From positions 5,484 through 69,483 of the forward strand of contig JAIPHS010000001.1 of NCBI GenBank assembly GCA_021735105.1: a stretch of 64,000 bases of DNA. Direction: 5' to 3'. A program made the position numbers and the translations under genes. Position 1 is the first letter of the stretch. Each line of letters begins with the position of its first letter. A model generated the notes under the pieces. The model was not told the origin of the DNA and searched no databases. It was given only the letters and a program-made list of their open reading frames with translations. The stretch is from Candidatus Omnitrophota bacterium (lineage in GTDB: Bacteria > Omnitrophota > Gorgyraeia > Duberdicusellales > 4484-171). Positions 58,411 to 64,000 of this stretch are shown piece after piece.

Positions 58411-60312
58411 ATGAATAATGGTATATATCAAGATTTTGTAAAGAAGTTTAAGGTTGCGCTTACAAATTGTTCAATTTATTTTCCTCAACATCCTATTTTT
58501 TTTCAATCAGTAAATAATTTTAAAAAAAGTATCAATTTAGTTGCTCAAGATGAGCTTTTTCTTTTAATTAAAGTAAAACCAAAAGCTCTTATTATTAACG
58601 GGAAAAACCTAGAGGAGGTAAGTTTATATAAAGATTTAGCGACTTTTTTTCATCGGAGAAAAGTAAAGAGCATAAAAATAGAAAAAGAAATTACTGCTGA
58701 AGAACTATCTAAATTTTTAGTAAATATTTCTTCTAGCGAAAAAAATATTTTAGCTAAAGGAGGAATAAAAAAAATATTAAAAGAAAATGAAGTAAAAAAT
58801 ATTGAAATTGATGAGCTTGATTATTCACAATTGATAAAAGGAGAAGGTAAGGGAGTAAAAGATATTTGGAGTTATATTTTAAGGTCTGAAGATACGCAAG
58901 GCAATAATAAAGTTACTGCTGATAAATTTGCTGATAAGTTTAGAAAAATAACAGAGAAATATGGGGTTAAAGAAATTCTCGAAGATAAAAGAATGTTCAA
59001 GCAGCTGCTGGATTTAGTTGAAAAAATTGAAGATAAAGATAATTTTAAAAAAATTATCGAAAGTTTAGTTAGATCTATTTTAGATGATGAGAGTCTGGAT
59101 AAAATAACAAACAAAGAACAATTTAAGAGTTTATTTTTTAAGGTTGATCTGCAAGATTTGGCAAATCTTTTGTCTAAGTTTTTACAATCTGATAAACGCT
59201 TCAATCCGGCATCTTTTAGATTATTTTCTACATTAATATCTCCAGATGCTCATAAAGTGGTTGCAGGCAGTTTAAACAGAGAGATTAAGGCAGGAAAAAG
59301 TAAGTTTGATATAGACAAAATCAGAAATTTGTTTGAATCTCTTGATGATCAAAGTATTGTACCTATTTATCAAAAAAATTTATCTTTGGATAATTTAGAT
59401 AGCGTTAGCAAAAGAGAATTTTCTTTCGATTATAATCATTTGCATCAAAATTATCGTTTACTTCTTCTTGATTTGTTTTTTTATGAAACTAGTGAATTCC
59501 GCCTTGTTTTAATCTTAAAAAAAATATTGCTAGAAATAGAAAGGAATTTTTTGGACAATATAGAGTTTGTTAATAAATTTGCCAAGATATATATTAAAAA
59601 AACAATCGATACAAGATCAAAAGAGCTTAATAGCACAATAAAGAAGGTTTGGTCTCAATCTGAAAAAAATATTTTTAAAACAGATGATTTTAAAAACTTT
59701 ATTTTTTTAACAAAAGTTCTGAAAACAACTACGTTAGATGTTTATTTTTATTTAGATGAAATTGAAGAAAAAAAATTTAATCCTTTAGTTTTAAAACTTT
59801 TTTTTAAATTTTTTCCAAAACAAATAGATAAATTATATAAAAAAATTAAAGACAAAAGAAAAGATTATGATTTTTTAAAAAAAATTATAACGGATTTAAA
59901 GTTAAGCAATCATTTTGCTGCTTTAGATCTTTTAAAGCGTTTGTTTAATTTGGTGCCTATTTTAGTAAAAATTGAGATATTAGACATAATTAAAAATTAT
60001 CCTCAATGTGATCAAAATTTTATATTATCTCTGGTTAATAGCCAAAGCTTTCATATTCGCAAAAAATCTGTTGAGATGGCAGTTAAATTTCCTCAGCTGC
60101 ATAAACAAACAGCCCAAAAGCTTCTTTCTTTATCAAATTATTTTGGATTCAATTCTAAAATTATTTTAGAAAATTTAGAAATAATCAATCAAAATTATAT
60201 TCCTCAAGCTAGGCCTTTTTTAGATAAGTTAACAAGGAGGGGTTTTTTCTGGGATAGGCAAATAAGAAAAAAAGCCAAACAGGTGTTGGAAAATCATCTG
60301 GAAAATAGATAA
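58411..60312 (+). CDS. hypothetical protein: N-terminal domain paralogous to the next gene's N-domain, plus long alpha-helical (HEAT-like) C-terminal region
   Basis: 633 aa; the first about 130 aa ('YFPQHPIFF...LATFFHRRKVKSIKIEKEITAEELSKFL') parallels the first about 110 aa of ORF 60324 ('YGGQHPEFN...LINKFKSKGFEKLTFRKNVTKDELKAIF'). The rest is K/E-rich and helical. Confidence 0.5.
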   Translation: MNNGIYQDFVKKFKVALTNCSIYFPQHPIFFQSVNNFKKSINLVAQDELFLLIKVKPKALIINGKNLEEVSLYKDLATFFHRRKVKSIKIEKEITAEELSKFLVNISSSEKNILAKGGIKKILKENEVKNIEIDELDYSQLIKGEGKGVKDIWSYILRSEDTQGNNKVTADKFADKFRKITEKYGVKEILEDKRMFKQLLDLVEKIEDKDNFKKIIESLVRSILDDESLDKITNKEQFKSLFFKVDLQDLANLLSKFLQSDKRFNPASFRLFSTLISPDAHKVVAGSLNREIKAGKSKFDIDKIRNLFESLDDQSIVPIYQKNLSLDNLDSVSKREFSFDYNHLHQNYRLLLLDLFFYETSEFRLVLILKKILLEIERNFLDNIEFVNKFAKIYIKKTIDTRSKELNSTIKKVWSQSEKNIFKTDDFKNFIFLTKVLKTTTLDVYFYLDEIEEKKFNPLVLKLFFKFFPKQIDKLYKKIKDKRKDYDFLKKIITDLKLSNHFAALDLLKRLFNLVPILVKIEILDIIKNYPQCDQNFILSLVNSQSFHIRKKSVEMAVKFPQLHKQTAQKLLSLSNYFGFNSKIILENLEIINQNYIPQARPFLDKLTRRGFFWDRQIRKKAKQVLENHLENR

Positions 60313-60323
60313 TTATTAAAGAT

Positions 60324-61658
60324 ATGAAAGAAAATATTGAAAAATTTTTAAAAAATTTCTCATCTTGTTTTCAGCTTGCTCAAATGTATGGGGGTCAGCA
60401 TCCGGAATTTAATAAGGCCCTCTTAGAGACATATCAAGAGTTGACGCAAATATTAAAAGATCAAGAAGAACTAACTATAGCAGCCGTGGGCGGAGAATTG
60501 ACAAGTGGAGACAGTATTTTCTTTGATTTAAGTAAAAAGTTAACAACTTTAATTAATAAATTTAAAAGCAAGGGCTTTGAGAAATTAACTTTTAGAAAAA
60601 ATGTTACAAAAGATGAATTAAAGGCTATTTTTTTATTTTTTCTAGCTCAAAAAGATAAAAAAGCTGATATAGAAGAACAACTTAAATTGCAGGGAATAAA
60701 AAGTATTAAAATCGGTAAAATTCAAGAAGCTGATTCTAAAGAAGGTAAAAAAGAGGAGGATCCCAAAAAATCTTTTAGCCAGCTATATACAAAATCTGTG
60801 GCTAATTTATCATCTTCTTTAGGTGATCTTATTGAAAAAGAACTATTAGATTTTACAAAGTTTGGTTCAGTTGTAAATAACCTAATGGAAGGAGTTGACT
60901 ATCATTATCAAGAGATATTAAAGTTATCTAAGTTAAAGGGGAAAGACACTGTTACCTTTGCTCATCTTTTAAATGTTTCTTTTTTATCTATACATTTTGC
61001 TAAATTTTTGGGTCTCAATAACTCTGAGTCTAAAAAAATTGGCCTAGCTTCTCTCTTCCATGATATTGGTAAGATTTATATCTCAAATAGAATACTTAAA
61101 GGGGGAAAACTTAGTGATGAAGAATTCGAAAAAATAAAAAGCCATTCGGTTTTAGGCGCGGCAATTCTTCTTAATTTTGTCGATAAATTGGGGGAATTAG
61201 TGCCGGTAGTTGCTTTTGAGCATCATCTAAAGTTTGGTTCCGGGGGTTATCCTAGACTAAATTTTCCTCGGCGTCTTCACTTTGCTTCAATGTTGATTAC
61301 ACTTTGTGATGTCTATGATGCCTTAAGTCAAAGGCGTAGTTATAAAAATAGTTTTCCTCCAGAGCAAATTTATAAAATTATGAAAGAAGGGAGAGATTCA
61401 CAATTTGATCCTTTGCTTTTTGATAATTTTTTCACATTTTTAGGAGTTTGGCCAAACGGGACAGTTATTTTATTAAGTAATGGTAAGGTTGCTCGGGTTA
61501 AGAGTCAAAATCCTGATAATATTTTTTCTCCTGAGGTTGAAGTAGTTTCTGATACTCCGCATAAGATTATTGATTTAAAACAAGACGGCCTAAACTTAAA
61601 AATTAAAAAATCTCTAAATCCCTACAAGGAAGGCAAGCATTACCTAAGTGCTGATTAG
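60324..61658 (+). CDS. HD-GYP domain protein (putative c-di-GMP phosphodiesterase) with N-terminal DUF3391-like sensor-type domain
   Basis: 444 aa; 'SLFHDIGK' (HD), 'HHLKFGSGGYP' (GYP), 'DVYDAL'. The N-domain is paralogous to ORF 58411. Confidence 0.75.
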   Translation: MKENIEKFLKNFSSCFQLAQMYGGQHPEFNKALLETYQELTQILKDQEELTIAAVGGELTSGDSIFFDLSKKLTTLINKFKSKGFEKLTFRKNVTKDELKAIFLFFLAQKDKKADIEEQLKLQGIKSIKIGKIQEADSKEGKKEEDPKKSFSQLYTKSVANLSSSLGDLIEKELLDFTKFGSVVNNLMEGVDYHYQEILKLSKLKGKDTVTFAHLLNVSFLSIHFAKFLGLNNSESKKIGLASLFHDIGKIYISNRILKGGKLSDEEFEKIKSHSVLGAAILLNFVDKLGELVPVVAFEHHLKFGSGGYPRLNFPRRLHFASMLITLCDVYDALSQRRSYKNSFPPEQIYKIMKEGRDSQFDPLLFDNFFTFLGVWPNGTVILLSNGKVARVKSQNPDNIFSPEVEVVSDTPHKIIDLKQDGLNLKIKKSLNPYKEGKHYLSAD

Positions 61659-61718
61659 GATATCTGATTAAAATATTTTACCCGCCTAATTTTTTATGAT
61701 ATAGTTAATCATAAAAGC

Positions 61719-62843
61719 ATGATTAAACAACCAATAATCCATATTTTTCATATTTCCAACTTTGGCGGCCATAGCCAAGCTGCCTTGAATATTAAAGAAG
61801 CTATTTTAGCTAAAAATAGCAGTGCTGAAATTGTAAATTTAAATAGTTTTCAGTATTTCTATCCTCGCACAGAAAAGGTAATAGATACTATTTATAAACT
61901 AGTAATTAAAAGAATTCCTTCTCTTTGGGGTAAGGCTTATGACCATAAAGCAGTAGCTAAATACTTAAGGCCGTGGCATACAGTTATTAACTATATTTGT
62001 TTTCCTAAATTGCGCAAATATATAAAGGCTAAAAAACCAAATTGTTTTATTACTACTCAAGCTTTTCCTTGCGGAATAATTGCGGATTATAAAAAAAAGC
62101 ATAAGCCAGGCATACCCTTAATTGCTGTAGTTACTGATTTTCATCCGCATCGTTTCTGGATGCATCCTTATGTTGATCAATATATAGTTGCTTCAGGTGA
62201 AGCAAAGACGACATTAATTAAAGAAGGTGTAGCTGAAGATAAAATAGCCGTTTTTGGAATTCCCATATCTATTAAGTTTATGAATAATTCTCTTGATAAA
62301 AGGTTTATGCAAAAATTAGGTTTTTCTTCTCAATTGAAATCAATTTTAGTTATGGGAGGAGGACTGGGTATGGGCCCAATTGAAAAAATTGTAACAAATC
62401 TTGACCATCTAGATCACAACTTTCAAGTAATTGTAGTTTGTGGCAAAAACAGAACTCTTTACCGCAAGTTGCAAAAAATAAAAAATAAAATAAAAAAACC
62501 ATTATTTATTTTTAGCTACATAGAATATATAAACAAAATAATGGATTTTTCTGACATTATTATCACCAAAGCCGGTGGAATTACTGTATCTGAGGCTTTA
62601 GTAAAAAAAATGGCAATAATAATTACAAATCCTATTCCCGGCCAAGAGGAGCTAAATGTCAATTTTTTACTTAAAAGAAATGCAATTATAAAGGCAGACA
62701 CCTTAAAACAGATAAATGAAAGTGTAGCTAATCTAATAGAGAATCCGGATAGATTAAAATTTTTGAAAGAAAATGCTAAAAAAAATTCTCTCGAAGATTC
62801 TTCAGCTAAAATTGCCAATTTAATTTTTAAATTTATTAACTGA
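61719..62843 (+). CDS. MGDG-synthase-like / UgtP-like diacylglycerol glycosyltransferase (GT28 family)
   Basis: 374 aa; N-terminal 'GGHSQAA' MGDG_synth-type region and C-terminal GT-B nucleotide-sugar domain ('ITKAGGITVSEAL', 'GQEELN'). Confidence 0.6.
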   Translation: MIKQPIIHIFHISNFGGHSQAALNIKEAILAKNSSAEIVNLNSFQYFYPRTEKVIDTIYKLVIKRIPSLWGKAYDHKAVAKYLRPWHTVINYICFPKLRKYIKAKKPNCFITTQAFPCGIIADYKKKHKPGIPLIAVVTDFHPHRFWMHPYVDQYIVASGEAKTTLIKEGVAEDKIAVFGIPISIKFMNNSLDKRFMQKLGFSSQLKSILVMGGGLGMGPIEKIVTNLDHLDHNFQVIVVCGKNRTLYRKLQKIKNKIKKPLFIFSYIEYINKIMDFSDIIITKAGGITVSEALVKKMAIIITNPIPGQEELNVNFLLKRNAIIKADTLKQINESVANLIENPDRLKFLKENAKKNSLEDSSAKIANLIFKFIN

Positions 62844-63679
62844 TGTATTATCTTTTTATTCTAGGAAAAATAATTGCTTTAAGCGGGCCGCGAATAATTT
62901 CTTATCAAGTTGCTAAGTTTTTTGCTTTACTTCATTATTATCTTTCTAAAAAAGATAGAAATGCTGTTTTTTATAATTTAAGGCCTTTAGTTCAAAAAGA
63001 GAAAAAAAGAAAAGAAATTGCAAGAAAAGTTTTTATTAATTTTGCCTACTATCTTACTGATTTTTTTTGCTATTCAAGATTAACCAGAAAATTTATTAAA
63101 AAATACGTTAGTTTTCAAGGGCTGGATTCAGTTGATAAAGCGATTAAAGAAAAAAGAGGAGCGATACTGCTCACTGCTCATTTAGGAAACTATGAATTAG
63201 GCGGAGCAGTTATGTCATTGTTGGGTTATCCTTTATCAGTGGTTGCTTTGCCACACCTTGATTTGCGTACTAATAATTTTTTTAACAAACAACGTAGGAG
63301 AGTAGGGGTTGATGTGATTCCTACCGGAGCTGCAATAAAAAGAAGTATAAAAGTTTTAAATCAAGGAAAGCTACTGGCTTTACTTGGAGACAGAGATTTC
63401 TCACATTCTGGCAGAAAACAAAAGTTTTTTTCACGATTTGCAGAAATTCCGCGGGGAGCAGCTTTTTTTGCAAAAAAAACCGGTGCAGTAGTAATTCCTA
63501 CTTTTTTAGTCCGGGAAAAGAAATACAATTACCGGCTTATCTTTGAAAAAGAGATTAAATATAACAGGGAAGATAAAAACGGTGAGGAAGATATACTTAA
63601 GAAATACGTATCTGTATTAAAAAAATATTTAAAAAAATATCCTGACCAGTGGTATTTGTTTCAAAAGTACTGGCAGTAA
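62843..63679 (+). CDS. LpxL/HtrB-family lysophospholipid (lipid A-type) acyltransferase
   Basis: 278 aa; N-terminal TM, 'LTAHLGNYELGG' (HX4E acyltransferase motif), 'LGDRD'. Confidence 0.6.
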   Translation: MYYLFILGKIIALSGPRIISYQVAKFFALLHYYLSKKDRNAVFYNLRPLVQKEKKRKEIARKVFINFAYYLTDFFCYSRLTRKFIKKYVSFQGLDSVDKAIKEKRGAILLTAHLGNYELGGAVMSLLGYPLSVVALPHLDLRTNNFFNKQRRRVGVDVIPTGAAIKRSIKVLNQGKLLALLGDRDFSHSGRKQKFFSRFAEIPRGAAFFAKKTGAVVIPTFLVREKKYNYRLIFEKEIKYNREDKNGEEDILKKYVSVLKKYLKKYPDQWYLFQKYWQ

Positions 63680-63680
63680 A

Positions 63681-63720
63681 TAAGGATAAAGGATAAAGGT
63701 TAAAGGTTAAAGGATAAAGA
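63681..63720 (+). repeat. tandem repeat (AAGGATAAAGG / AAGGTTAAAGG units) directly after the acyltransferase stop codon
   Basis: 'taaggataaaggataaaggttaaaggttaaaggataaaga' immediately precedes repeat copy C. Confidence 0.6.
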
Positions 63721-63723
63721 GTT

Positions 63724-63811
63724 AATCAACGAATTTACTAATCTTTACGAATTTACGAATGTTTACATATTTTTATTCGTATATTCGTAATTGATTCGTA
63801 TGTTCGTAGAT
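63724..63811 (+). repeat. intergenic palindromic element, copy C (TACGAAT/ATTCGTA family)
   Basis: 'atcaacgaatttactaatctttacgaatttacgaatg...attcgtatattcgtaattgattcgtatgttcgtagat'. The 5' arm is near-identical to copy B and the 3' arm near-identical to copy A. Confidence 0.7.
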
Positions 63812-63823
63812 ATTGGTAAAACT

Positions 63824-64000
63824 ATGAAAATTTGGGCAATAATCCCCGCGTATAACGAAGCTGATGATTTAGCTAAGTTTCTTGTTAAAATAAAAAAGAA
63901 AAACTTATCAATCTTGGTAGTTGATGACGGCTCAGCTGATAATACCTACCAGGTTGCTAAAAAGTATTCTGATATTGTAATAAAGAACCAGAAAAACTTT
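63824..64000 (+). CDS. family 2 glycosyltransferase (5' part, runs off the window)
   Basis: 'MKIWAIIPAYNEADDLAKFL...LSILVVDDGSADNT' is the classic GT2 (DPM1-like) N-terminus; no stop before the window end. Confidence 0.6.
   Translation, partial: MKIWAIIPAYNEADDLAKFLVKIKKKNLSILVVDDGSADNTYQVAKKYSDIVIKNQKNF

Overview
This 64 kb window is AT-rich (about 30% GC by eye) and densely packed with genes. Every credible gene is on the + strand, and the minus-strand ORFs in the track all sit inside conserved + strand genes, so I treat them as spurious. The content is almost entirely core bacterial housekeeping, and several blocks follow Firmicutes-like gene order. In order along the window:

- phoH, a 7TM-HD (YqfF/PgpH-like) gene and ybeY, then recO, queF, apbE-like, panB.
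- A de novo purine block: purB, purL carrying two N-terminal PurS-like modules, purQ, purF, purM, purD, purE.
- A fused tsaC(ywlC)-like/low-molecular-weight phosphatase gene, then rpiB, glyA, a dCMP deaminase-like gene, nrdR and cca.
- A Nudix-containing protein, recG, rsmD, coaD.
- rpmF, plsX, fabH, fabD, fabG, acpP, fabF.
- Archaeal-type leuC/leuD, a leuB-like gene and asd.
- truA, a lipoprotein, an MBL-fold hydrolase and xerC/D.
- A second CCA/poly(A)-polymerase-family nucleotidyltransferase, rbfA, a DHH phosphoesterase, truB, ribF.
- A complete dcw cell-wall/division cluster: mraZ, a small ORF, rsmH, ftsL, ftsI, murE, murF, mraY, murD, ftsW, murG, an inserted secreted HEXXH protein, murC, murB, ddl, ftsQ, and a divergent ftsA-like gene.
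- Where ftsZ would normally follow, there are instead two paralogous genes sharing an N-terminal domain, the second carrying an HD-GYP domain.
- The window ends with an MGDG-synthase-like glycosyltransferase, an LpxL-family acyltransferase and the start of a GT2 glycosyltransferase.

I found no rRNA, tRNA, CRISPR, transposase or prophage genes.

The non-coding sequence is the more unusual part.

- A roughly 90-100 bp imperfect palindromic element built from TACGAAT/ATTCGTA heptads occurs three times, each directly after a stop codon.
- Several gene 3' ends and intergenic spacers are made of 7-8 nt tandem repeats that can pair into long hairpins.
- Two intergenic stretches are GC-rich islands, in the purF-purM and leuC-leuD spacers. 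The first contains three clear stem-loops, the second is built from 8-nt tandem repeats and short palindromes, and the second also extends the LeuC reading frame.
- A 16-bp long-range inverted repeat brackets an AT-rich 160-bp spacer and would sequester the truA ribosome-binding site.
- The mraZ promoter is followed by three GTGG boxes at 10-bp spacing, a textbook MraZ operator.
- Two genes have a TGGTATAAT-N8-ATG arrangement that suggests leaderless mRNAs.

All of this is from reading the sequence by eye. I ran no searches or folding.
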